Source: a virus
Reading direction: 5' to 3' (one strand)
IMG/VR virus record: IMGVR_UViG_3300021467_000006
Span: 32,321-96,320 of that record
Length of the DNA: 64,000 nt
Both the position numbers and the translations under genes were made by a program. Positions 17,876 to 26,759 of the stretch are shown here, in pieces. How positions within the stretch are numbered: position 1 is the first letter of the stretch; each line of letters begins with the position of its first letter. The notes under the pieces were generated by a model. The model made no database searches. It saw only the letters and a program-made list of their open reading frames with translations, and was not told the origin of the DNA.

Positions 17876-18131
17876 ATATACATCCATATCCTATAAAAAT
17901 ACAGATGTATCCTCAGAGCCTTTAGAGGGGATACCAGATGACGGGATATGTGTAGAAAAAAGAAAACCCCCTAAGTGAGTGATGCTTAGAGGGCTATAAG
18001 AAGGAATAGCACAAAAACTCAGTTTATCTGAGTTATTGTCGTTTATATAACTTGTCATTTCTTCACTCATAATTGCTATTCCTTCCTTGTTTATTACTTC
18101 AATAATTGCTTAACATATTAATTTATAAGAG

Positions 18132-18758
18132 TCAAGACTTTTCTGTATAAAAAATATGATTTCCAAACCTACCTAGTTTCTTTAATTTCAACCACCAACC
18201 ATGAGGCTTAAATCCAACTGCATGATAATAGAGAGGCTTACCAACAAAATCTTCAAATAATCCTAAATATACATTAATGGCAATTCCTTGATGCTCTTGC
18301 CATAGAGTATCTTGCTTTTTCCAGTGTCCTATCATGGATTTGATTCTGCTCTTATTTCCAAAACAACTGAACTGTAACGCACCATTTGTTGTTGTAGAAA
18401 GCATTACTCCCCGCCACCCTATACCAAAGTACTTCTTACGTGCTAAAACTCGATTCCTGACAGTTAAACCTACCCCTACCTTGCTTTCCCAGGGTTCTCC
18501 TTCAGCCTCTCCAATCAATAGCATGGTGAGCAATTCAAGATCGCTGTATCTATTAAATATTGCTATATGCTTATCACAAATTCTACCTGTCACACCTTTC
18601 TCCAGCCTTCTAACAAAAAATTCTATATCCGAGATGGCATCATTGACTTCTTTTGCGGACTCTGAATGTTTATCTCTGGTTCTAGATAATTTCCTACACA
18701 CCAATTTAAGTCCGGTGGTAGCATTCCGCACGTGATGCTTGGTATATTGAGTAGTCAT
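18132..18758 (-). CDS. Endolysin, SleB/Hydrolase_2 cell wall hydrolase
   Basis: GEAEGE, V..TVRNRV, QFSCF, LYYHA, GNHIFY. Confidence 0.88.
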   Translation of the reverse strand: MTTQYTKHHVRNATTGLKLVCRKLSRTRDKHSESAKEVNDAISDIEFFVRRLEKGVTGRICDKHIAIFNRYSDLELLTMLLIGEAEGEPWESKVGVGLTVRNRVLARKKYFGIGWRGVMLSTTTNGALQFSCFGNKSRIKSMIGHWKKQDTLWQEHQGIAINVYLGLFEDFVGKPLYYHAVGFKPHGWWLKLKKLGRFGNHIFYTEKS

Positions 18759-19114
18759 CTCTCTCCGCTACTGCCCCTCGCCTGAGCTTCTATTAGACTC
18801 TTCAGACAATTTATATCTTCTTTCATTTCTTTTCGCATCGTTTTAGTTTCTTTGAATAGCATGTCGAATTTCTGTTCAAGTCTCTCAATAGCAGCATCCC
18901 GCATTTCCAGATCTTTTTGCTGTATTTCCATATCCTTTTTATGCAATTCCATGCATCCTTCTCTCAATTTTTTACATTTCTCTTCATGATCTTCCCTGAA
19001 AGATTCGAATTCTGATCTAAAGAGGAAGGCTTTTCTTAAAGCAGTGACTATTGATAAAGTTATAATAACAATAGTCAATACTATCCCTAAAAACCATTGG
19101 CCCCAATCTTCCAT
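18755..19114 (-). CDS. Single-TM coiled-coil protein, holin/lysis-accessory candidate
   Basis: N-terminal TM plus coiled coil; overlaps the endolysin start. Confidence 0.5.
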   Translation of the reverse strand: MEDWGQWFLGIVLTIVIITLSIVTALRKAFLFRSEFESFREDHEEKCKKLREGCMELHKKDMEIQQKDLEMRDAAIERLEQKFDMLFKETKTMRKEMKEDINCLKSLIEAQARGSSGER

Positions 19115-19122
19115 CTATCCAA

Positions 19123-19353
19123 TTACCTCTTTGCAATAGAATAGCCCATTATAGCACCAAATACCCCTGATAGTGCCATTTTATACCATTCTAGTATTCC
19201 TGTCACAACCTCTCCTTCTGCATTGGCTAATCTAGCAACATAATGTGCCAATATTATAACAAGCAAAAACCCTATAGTTTTATCGTTGCTTAAAACCTCA
19301 TTTATTCCATCAGAAATAGTTTTCATTGTTTTAGGAATCCAATCATAATTCAT
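19123..19353 (-). CDS. Two-TM small protein, holin candidate
   Basis: Two hydrophobic helices, GGAGG RBS, in the lysis cluster. Confidence 0.5.
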   Translation of the reverse strand: MNYDWIPKTMKTISDGINEVLSNDKTIGFLLVIILAHYVARLANAEGEVVTGILEWYKMALSGVFGAIMGYSIAKR

Positions 19354-19438
19354 TTGTTACCTCCATGTATCCATAGATAAATAGCAGCAAATAACAAAGA
19401 AAAACCAGCTATATATAAACTACATAAGATTCCATATA

Positions 19439-20134
19439 TCATATCCATTGTATTCCCTCCAAACCTTGAAACATTTCTATATATTCCAATTCTCTTCCCT
19501 TTACAGGTCTGAAATAGATATCGTCATTTATCATTGCTTTGAATATTTCTTTAGGATTTTTTAATTCCTTCATTGTAGATGCTTGATAGAATCTTGTTCC
19601 TAAATTCTGTTCTTCAATAATGGTTGCTATAATAGCAGTTATTTCTGATTGTATTGTTTGAACTATTTCAGGATTTCCTGAAGAAATCATGATTTTCAAC
19701 AAATCTTCACCTTTCATGTTTATATTCCTAACCTAATCATAATTCCCAACATAAACCCAACTACAAATTCCATTAGATCTCCAACTGTAGAAACAGGGTT
19801 TTCCGGTTCTTTTACCTCATATATTGTATAGGAAATTATGATTATTATTCCTAACCAGAAAGGAACAATAGCCGAAATAAAACCAAAAACAGCATGTCCT
19901 AATGATCTTTTATCATCAAATAGATATGTCTTCATTTTCCATTTCCTGCATAATTTTGGATTCTATTAGCTTTATTTCACGCAATAAATGCACTCTTGCT
20001 AAATAACAAGCCATCTGAGCCAGAGAATTATTAACATATACCCCCTGTACTTCTCCTTCCAGACGTATTTCTACTTCTCCTTTTGCAGTTTCAAATTTCC
20101 TCAGCATTTTATAAAGGTCTGTTAGATTTTTCAT
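19439..20134 (-). CDS. Three small hypothetical genes (19439-19717, 19720-19935 membrane protein, 19916-20134)
   Basis: Packed co-oriented ORFs. Confidence 0.6.
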
Positions 20135-20144
20135 AATAACCTCG

Positions 20145-20672
20145 TTATGATTTTTTTATGTTATACAATTTACCATTCCACCATTTAGGAATATCACCAG
20201 GCCAAGCTGCATAGTTATTCATGATTTTACGTTCTAAGCCATTTATTATCCATACATAATCTACAAATTCAGAGCATATGAATTTTTCGGGATTTCTTTC
20301 TGGATGGGTAAAAGCACTTTTTAATAATGCTGAATAATCATAACCTTTATTATGAGAAAGCAATAGGAAGGCTGTTTTAAAAATAGTCAATGTATTCCAT
20401 CTGTTTAATCCTTCTGGAACAAATAAGTCTACCTGTTCAGAAGGTTCATTTTTCAACATTTCTTCTAAATCATTAAATTCCAAACCATGTTCAAATGCTT
20501 CTATTAAAAATACTTTGTCCTTCAATAAATCATATTTATCAAACCTAATAATCAGAGAAGCATGGCTGTATTCAGTCCATTTCTTTATTACTTCTGAAAT
20601 AAGAAAGGAATTCTTCCATAAAATACAGCTTCCGGTTACCATTTTAGGTTTTAATGATTCAAAGTTATTCAT
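20145..20672 (-). CDS. Permuted papain-like NlpC/P60 (YiiX/YebB-like) peptidase/amidase
   Basis: YSHASL...LIEA...GYDY...FICSEFV (His before Cys). Confidence 0.8.
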   Translation of the reverse strand: MNNFESLKPKMVTGSCILWKNSFLISEVIKKWTEYSHASLIIRFDKYDLLKDKVFLIEAFEHGLEFNDLEEMLKNEPSEQVDLFVPEGLNRWNTLTIFKTAFLLLSHNKGYDYSALLKSAFTHPERNPEKFICSEFVDYVWIINGLERKIMNNYAAWPGDIPKWWNGKLYNIKKS

Positions 20673-20674
20673 GA

Positions 20675-21226
20675 TTATCCAAATAATAATGAAGATTCAA
20701 TTATTTTAGAATCATATCTATAAATGTTTATTAATCTATCGCTACATTCTTTCCATGTATTGCTAAAGTGCTTGCCCTTTCTCTCTCCTATTTTCTTCCA
20801 ACCCATAGCTTTCCAAAATAAATTGGATTCTAAATCGTAAGCACAACCACAACTAAAGGATAGGGTTTGAACATTGCTCTTTCCATATTCTAAAACTTCA
20901 GTTAGTAACATTCTTCCTCTTTGCATCATTCTAGCATCTTCCTGAAGGCATATTTGGGCTATTTTACCTATTCTTATTTTGGAAAGGGGATTACCAAAAG
21001 ATGCAAGGACAAAACCAACTAAATCACCATTTATTTCACAAACATATAATTTATCATTACATCTATCAGACCATCTATTTTTGCTAGGTTTTAATCCTGT
21101 TATAGCAGCTTCATATGCTTGTTTAGGTATAAAACCTATGCTAAAACTATTCTTTTTAGATAAATCTATTATATATTTTAGATCTTCTAATCTTGCTGGT
21201 CTTACTAACTCATCAGACATGTTCAA
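20675..21226 (-). CDS. GNAT-family acetyltransferase
   Basis: VRPARLEDL, NGDLVGFV, QICLQEDARMMQRGRML, SNLFWKAMGW. Confidence 0.8.
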   Translation of the reverse strand: MNMSDELVRPARLEDLKYIIDLSKKNSFSIGFIPKQAYEAAITGLKPSKNRWSDRCNDKLYVCEINGDLVGFVLASFGNPLSKIRIGKIAQICLQEDARMMQRGRMLLTEVLEYGKSNVQTLSFSCGCAYDLESNLFWKAMGWKKIGERKGKHFSNTWKECSDRLINIYRYDSKIIESSLLFG

Positions 21227-22549
21227 TGCTCTCTTAATCCTTTAGGTTTCTCTGCTTTTATTTGCAATTTCCATCTATTCTTTCCGCAGCCATATCTGCA
21301 AATTGCTTTGGTAACTACAAACTTTTGTCTGCATTCGAACCATGTTACTTCTACCCAAGCACCAACACCACAATTCCTACAAATTATTCTCAGCCACGGC
21401 CTCTCATCCAACTCTATAACATCAAATTTTTCAAACAGGCTTTCTGGATATGTTTCTGATTTGTTTAATAGCCACTCTCTAGGGTCTTCATCTTCTATAT
21501 AATGTAGCTGAAAACGCACTATTCACTCCAAATAATACATCCATCTAGCAAAGCTATCCCTAACTTTAGGTTCAGGACGTAATAAATTCCCATAAATAAC
21601 ATAAATACCGCTTTTCCTATGAAAAGTATTATGATGTTTTAAAATGCTGTATAATTTACCTTCTGAGTAAAGAAGCAAATATATATCCATATTACCCTTA
21701 TTAAAATGCACTTTTGAGCAAATTTCTGGATCATAAACAATACATCTAGCAATATACTGTTCTAGCTCATCACTATATTCTTCTACTTCTACTCTCTTCA
21801 TGGCTTAAATAATGGTAAAATTAATTAATTTATCTGGTAGTATTTGTAGCTGTGTTTGATGTCTCAAAGTCATAACATTTTTCTAATTCATATAGGGTTC
21901 CTGGAATAAGCTCTGACCAAGAATGTCCGCAATGCTCACATACATAATAATACCATGTTGGATGAGTAGGTTTCTTGGCTTGTAAAAGTCTTTGTGCCTT
22001 ACAATTAGGACACGTGGTATATGTCTTATACTTTGTATTATAATTCATTACTGCTCCTTCCTACACATCCTCAATGCCTTCGAGAGGCAAGTCTCACAAA
22101 GGTTGTATGTCTTTGTCCTGGTGAAGAAGAAGCTCTCCACCAGAATGTTGATCTGGATGCACTCTTTCTCCTGACCGCATTGGTTACAGATTGCTATGCC
22201 TACGTTCTTCATACTTTCTCTCCTGTACTATCTTCTGACCAAAGTGTCTTCTTGGATTCCCACACATCCAACAAGAACACCTTGGCCTGCTGTTCACTAG
22301 AATGCTTAGTTCTTTCTCGCTTGGCGAATACCAGGTGATTTCCCTAGCTAATCGCTTCATCAATCGCTGTCTGTTGTATCGTCTTTGTGCTCTAGGTTTT
22401 ATATTTTTCACTGCTAACTTATTCATCATTATTTTCTTCATCTCCCCAGTCTGGAATAACCAATTGACCATTTGTCTTGATGACATTCCTAATAGCAACA
22501 AAGCACATATACTCGTCAACAGATACAAAATGATTATCATGAGATTCAA
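21223..22549 (-). CDS. Small hypothetical genes (21223-21519, 21523-21801, 21830-22048 zinc ribbon, 22184-~22440 with CSCWMCGNPR)
   Basis: Packed ORFs with CxxC motifs. Confidence 0.55.
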
Positions 22550-22594
22550 TATTCTCTATATTTTCCATCGCTAGCTTGCTCCTTTTCGAGTTAA

Positions 22595-22720
22595 CAGTGG
22601 AAGTATGTATCTGATCCTATCTCTCCCTCAATTAAGACTGGCTAGTGGTTGCAAACCCACGGGACGCCGGCCTTTTGCTTCCACTGAGGGGGATTCCCGA
22701 CCGCTAGGGTCTAGCCAGTC
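22595..22720 (-). ncRNA. Candidate structured RNA (GC-rich intergenic element)
   Basis: Perfect 10-bp stem GACTGGCTAG/CTAGCCAGTC (22636-22645 with 22711-22720); an internal 9-mer (22678-22686) is complementary to 22595-22603. Strand inferred from flanking genes. Confidence 0.45.
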
Positions 22721-22724
22721 CGTC

Positions 22725-22949
22725 TTACACAATCTTTCCCTCATTGCTTAGTTCATCACAAATATCCATTGCTAATTTTGGCGGTATTTGCAACTGTTCT
22801 ACTATTTCTGCTAGGTCAACAGTTCCCTTATCATCTATATAATCAGCTATAACCCTTTTGAGAGAGTTTGATTCTTTTTCAGTCACAAATACATCCTTTT
22901 CACAATCAACAACGATACAAGGTTTGCCTCTTCTTCTCTTTACCTTCAC
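22725..22949 (-). CDS. Small winged-helix-like protein
   Basis: IADYIDDKGTVDLAEIVEQLQIP...ICDELSNEGKI; GGAGG RBS. Confidence 0.6.
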   Translation of the reverse strand: MKVKRRRGKPCIVVDCEKDVFVTEKESNSLKRVIADYIDDKGTVDLAEIVEQLQIPPKLAMDICDELSNEGKIV

Positions 22950-22963
22950 CTTGGCCTCCCTGA

Positions 22964-23030
22964 TGGAGCGGGTTGCAGGAACTGCCCCTGCTCATCCCGT
23001 TGGTTAGGGATGCTCGCTGACCGAACCCGC
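22964..23030 (-). tRNA. Second shrunken tRNA-Gly-like gene, with encoded CCA
   Basis: GCGGGTT-CGGTCAGCGAG-CATCCC-TAACCAAC-GGGATG-A-GCAGG-GGCAGTT-CCTGC-AACCCGC-T-CCA. Confidence 0.7.
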
Positions 23031-23042
23031 TTCTATCTTATA

Positions 23043-23450
23043 CTATGCAGAAAGATCAATTTTTACCCACCCAGTGATTAATTTAGGATGAACATAAGTT
23101 ACTTTTACTTCATCCTTTCCTTGCAAATTTACAAAATATACATATCCAATTCTATTTGGTTTCCAAATTTTACCAAGCAAATCACAAGCCTCTATTTCAA
23201 GGAGTCCTATAAAATTACCACCATACTTTGCATAACTAATAGCCATGTTAAAATCATCCGTCAGATAGACGTGTAAATGCTTTAACTTTGCTTGGACATA
23301 TTCAGAAATTCTCTTCTTAAATTTACATTTTAGTTGGCCACAAAAAGAATACTTCTCTATTACATTATTTATGGTTTGTTTCACATCAATTGGTTTTAAA
23401 CCAGTAATTAAAACTTCATTAGGAGAAATTTTTGTTCCATGATATAGCAT
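23043..23450 (-). CDS. ADP-ribosyltransferase-fold protein (Tpt1/KptA- or ART-like)
   Basis: LYHGT...GLKP...HVYLTDDFNMAISYA...YVYFVN; likely start at ATG 23450. Confidence 0.55.
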   Translation of the reverse strand: MLYHGTKISPNEVLITGLKPIDVKQTINNVIEKYSFCGQLKCKFKKRISEYVQAKLKHLHVYLTDDFNMAISYAKYGGNFIGLLEIEACDLLGKIWKPNRIGYVYFVNLQGKDEVKVTYVHPKLITGWVKIDLSA

Positions 23451-23475
23451 TAGAATGCTCACCAACCGAACCCGC
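23450..23475 (-). repeat. Diverged copy of the 5' half of the tRNA-like gene at 22964-23030
   Basis: GCGGGTTCGGTTGGTGAGCATTCTAA versus GCGGGTTCGGTCAGCGAGCATCCCTAA. Confidence 0.75.
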
Positions 23476-23476
23476 C

Positions 23477-23782
23477 TTAATCCTTCTTCTGCAACAACCC
23501 AGCCACTATCGGTAGTGCTATTTGTGCTAACTGCAACCATCCTCCACCGCCTGCACTACCAACTATGCCCGCAATTACATTCATTACATCCTTGATCTGG
23601 AGCTCGCCGAGGTTGATGCCTTGCTGATCTAGCAACTTGGCAATAGCGCTCAAGTCTAGTCCTTGTGGCTGAGCGTAGAACTGTTGCTCGCCAATTTTGA
23701 TACTACGGACTTGGGCCTCAGCTGGAATGTCTAGCTGGGTTGTAATTGCATGTGTTACGACTACTTCTATGTCCTGTGGCAT
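23477..23782 (-). CDS. Hypothetical protein with hydrophobic C-terminus
   Basis: GGAGG RBS, 101 aa. Confidence 0.65.
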   Translation of the reverse strand: MPQDIEVVVTHAITTQLDIPAEAQVRSIKIGEQQFYAQPQGLDLSAIAKLLDQQGINLGELQIKDVMNVIAGIVGSAGGGGWLQLAQIALPIVAGLLQKKD

Positions 23783-23791
23783 GTTGCCCTC

Positions 23792-26035
23792 CTATCTAAA
23801 ATTGGCTTGGCCTGAGTAATAGTGCTTACTTCGATGTTCTGTATATGAAATATCGTCCCATTCTATGGTGTACTGCCCATCCGCTGTTGCAGGACTTTTC
23901 TTATGAGTGTATGTACAACTTAATGCAGGCGACTCATTTCCTTGAGTGTCTACAGCCGTAACTACATATTGAGTAGTGCCACTAGTATTTCCTAGCCAAT
24001 CTACCCAAGAACATTTGCCACTTTGGCACCATCCCTTTGGTATTGAGGCTATTCTATTCTGTTGGTTGATAGCAGGGATCGAACCATCTTCAGCATAAAT
24101 ATTGTAATAACGTATCAGTTCTGGGTAGTTAGAATTGTAACTGGTATAAAAGTCACTGGAGCCTGGGTCATCAAGGTCGCCAGGGCTAGATGGATAAACT
24201 GTATCTTGCGAACCTGTACCACTACCATCACTTACGGTGATGGTATATATGTTAGATAAAGTACGGCTTTCAAGACCAGACCACTCAATAGACGTGACAG
24301 CATAATACCATGTTCCGTCACCTGGGGTGTCTGTTGCTTCCCAGTAAGAATCGCCTGACCAGGTGCCATCGCTGAAATCATAACGACTAAAAATATCATA
24401 ACTAACTGTCGTTATGGGTTCCCATGTCGATTTATCAGTAGAACGCCATAATCTAAACTCTTTTATCTCTCTTGGCGGAGGCGGATCATCTGAGTCTTGA
24501 TTTGGCCAACCCCTACTTGTATAGCCTCGTGGTGATGTTGTAGATAGCCTCCAATCCCATCGAATAGTGACAACTCCATTGGTTGCGCTACAGGTAGTAA
24601 TTTCAGGCGGGTGTGGAAATTCTGCAATTACCACAAAAAGGTCACGCACTCCAGTAGAACTTAGCCAGTCAGACCCCACAGCTATTTTCGTGCCATCGGG
24701 GCTTTGCCCAGGCTTAGTGAACTCGTTAGCTGTTTCAGAATGTAGATATGCCAATATGTAGTGGTCTGCATTATTAGTTGAATTGTATTTAGTTATGCAA
24801 ACATTTACTGCCGGACTACCACATGTATGTGCAGCGTAATCTGTCCAACCTGTCCACGCATGATATTGGGTGCCTCCAGGCGTAGTGTAAAGCGCCGTTT
24901 GTGTAGAGTTTTCCACATCAAAGACTCCTGGACTAACTGGAGAAGCATCAGTGTCAGAAAATGCTATATGAGTACCCCATCTATCAGTAACTCCATGGCT
25001 CCAGTAGTCACTAACGAAGTCAGGCAAAGTGCCTGCATTACCATTAACGCATTGAATCTCTTTCTGTGCATCTGTTCCTTCCCACCAGTCGTAAGGGCTA
25101 GTATGATCTACTGTGTGATTCGGAGCGTTATTGTCTGTACCCCATGGTCTCATCCGCCACCAGTCAGCAGCAGTGTGTAAGAGATAAATCCAATATCCTT
25201 GAGAACTGTTCCCTGTAAACATTTCATCATGCCAATCACCCTGTCCAGTAGACGGAGTATTCGCCCAATATGTATCTAATGAGGGTTGGCTGTAACTTAA
25301 TTTGAGTTGACGGGAGCTGGAAGGCTCGATTTGAACAATGTAAAATGGTTCGTTTTCAGCCCAAGTACTGGTTAAGTAGTAGAGGCCATCAGAAGTGATA
25401 GCGTCTTTCATGCCTCCAGTTCTTAATGAAGTAGTGTCACCAGCTATCATGTCTACTATGAGAGTTGAGCTTACCGAAGTGTCACTAATGACTTCTCTAT
25501 ACACTGCATTCTGATCTTTACCAGAGACACCGTTATCATTATATGCTATTGCGTATGCTATGTCTGGAATGGTCGGAGACCAGTCAAAGTATGGTCTCCT
25601 GATGTCTGTTGTACTCACAGATCCATTGATGGGACGCCAATAAGTTCCATCGCTTCTAGCGACATACCACGGATAACCTGTGTTTCTAGTGAACGCTCCT
25701 GTTTCGACCTCTTGCACAAATGCAATTCTTTTTCCATCAGCAGACCAAGGTTGCCAGCCATATTCCGTAACTGACCGAACAGTGTTTACATCAGGAAGTT
25801 GTGACCAAAGAATAACTTCATGGGACGTTGTTGTGTCTTGGTAGATACATAGTTGTGGTTGCCTTATGTAATAGTTATTTGAGTCTTCTCCACTATAATA
25901 TGTATTGCTTCCCTTTCTGGAGGAACGTGCCTCTAACTCGTCTAAATTTTCATACGCAAAAACATTTACTGCAAACAACAAACTCATAAAGAATAAGATT
26001 GTTAAAGTTATCCTTACTGATCGCATCCTAACCAC
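23792..26035 (-). CDS. Secreted protein, TolB-like beta-propeller plus FnIII-like C-terminal domains
   Basis: Signal peptide ending VFA; WSADGKRIAF and QSPDGTKIA repeats; WYYAVTSIEWSGLES and YVVTAVDTQGNES. Confidence 0.7.
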   Translation of the reverse strand: MVRMRSVRITLTILFFMSLLFAVNVFAYENLDELEARSSRKGSNTYYSGEDSNNYYIRQPQLCIYQDTTTSHEVILWSQLPDVNTVRSVTEYGWQPWSADGKRIAFVQEVETGAFTRNTGYPWYVARSDGTYWRPINGSVSTTDIRRPYFDWSPTIPDIAYAIAYNDNGVSGKDQNAVYREVISDTSVSSTLIVDMIAGDTTSLRTGGMKDAITSDGLYYLTSTWAENEPFYIVQIEPSSSRQLKLSYSQPSLDTYWANTPSTGQGDWHDEMFTGNSSQGYWIYLLHTAADWWRMRPWGTDNNAPNHTVDHTSPYDWWEGTDAQKEIQCVNGNAGTLPDFVSDYWSHGVTDRWGTHIAFSDTDASPVSPGVFDVENSTQTALYTTPGGTQYHAWTGWTDYAAHTCGSPAVNVCITKYNSTNNADHYILAYLHSETANEFTKPGQSPDGTKIAVGSDWLSSTGVRDLFVVIAEFPHPPEITTCSATNGVVTIRWDWRLSTTSPRGYTSRGWPNQDSDDPPPPREIKEFRLWRSTDKSTWEPITTVSYDIFSRYDFSDGTWSGDSYWEATDTPGDGTWYYAVTSIEWSGLESRTLSNIYTITVSDGSGTGSQDTVYPSSPGDLDDPGSSDFYTSYNSNYPELIRYYNIYAEDGSIPAINQQNRIASIPKGWCQSGKCSWVDWLGNTSGTTQYVVTAVDTQGNESPALSCTYTHKKSPATADGQYTIEWDDISYTEHRSKHYYSGQANFR

Positions 26036-26757
26036 CCTGTTGAGCTGACATCTACATGGTCAATATAATAATGAATTGGGATATTGGTAGCGTTATCTCC
26101 ATACTGTCCTAATTTAATCCTCTGAAAATCTGTCTCTGGATTATTTGTGCCACTACCTTGAGAAATGCCATCTATCTTCCATTCCCAGTTATTACTAGAG
26201 TTATCCCAATATGCTTCAACACAATATGTTGTTCCAGTGGAAATGGTATATGTATCTCTTGAAGCGTATCCGCTCCAAAGTTGCAGCTCAAGGTTGCCAC
26301 TGGTTTTGGCTAATTTTATTGCTGCATTCGAAGCGTCCCCCACTGAGTCAGTACTTCTTGGGACAAATATATAATAACTGTCTCCATCAGCTAAGCTCTC
26401 CGATTCTAGGTAGAATATGAATCTTACATATATTGCTGAATGGCTAGTTGAAAGATCTGTATATGTATGTGCCCTAGAATAAGTACCAGTAGGAATCTCT
26501 ATTTCTAACCATTCCCCGTCAAAACCGCATTCAGAAGAACCAGGAGTAGTATTTTCGTCTTCATCAACCGTACCCCCACTAATATTCTCAGTCCAAGTAT
26601 TATCATATCCAGTTGAATCAAATGTCTCATTGAGTAGGTCACCAGATGAAAACGTACCACAAGATGTTCCTCCACCACTAGGAAAGTTCCTGACTACAAT
26701 CATCCCAGAGCAGAACAAGAAAATTAAGCATATGAATGGTATCAGTAGCTTTCTCAT
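26014..26757 (-). CDS. Secreted beta-sandwich (ConA/lectin-like) protein
   Basis: Signal peptide MRKLLIPFICLIFLFCSG; WKIDG...YYIDHV. Confidence 0.55.
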   Translation of the reverse strand: MRKLLIPFICLIFLFCSGMIVVRNFPSGGGTSCGTFSSGDLLNETFDSTGYDNTWTENISGGTVDEDENTTPGSSECGFDGEWLEIEIPTGTYSRAHTYTDLSTSHSAIYVRFIFYLESESLADGDSYYIFVPRSTDSVGDASNAAIKLAKTSGNLELQLWSGYASRDTYTISTGTTYCVEAYWDNSSNNWEWKIDGISQGSGTNNPETDFQRIKLGQYGDNATNIPIHYYIDHVDVSSTGWLGCDQ

Positions 26758-26759
26758 AA

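Noticed and set aside
17646-17978. 110-aa and 70-aa + strand ORFs
   Set aside because: No RBS, atypical composition, and they coincide with a GC-rich hairpin-dense island where stop codons are rare by chance.
23451-23540. N-terminal 30 aa of the 165-aa ORF call
   Set aside because: It overlaps the upstream gene and the tRNA-half repeat; the recognisable domain starts at MLYHGT (23450).
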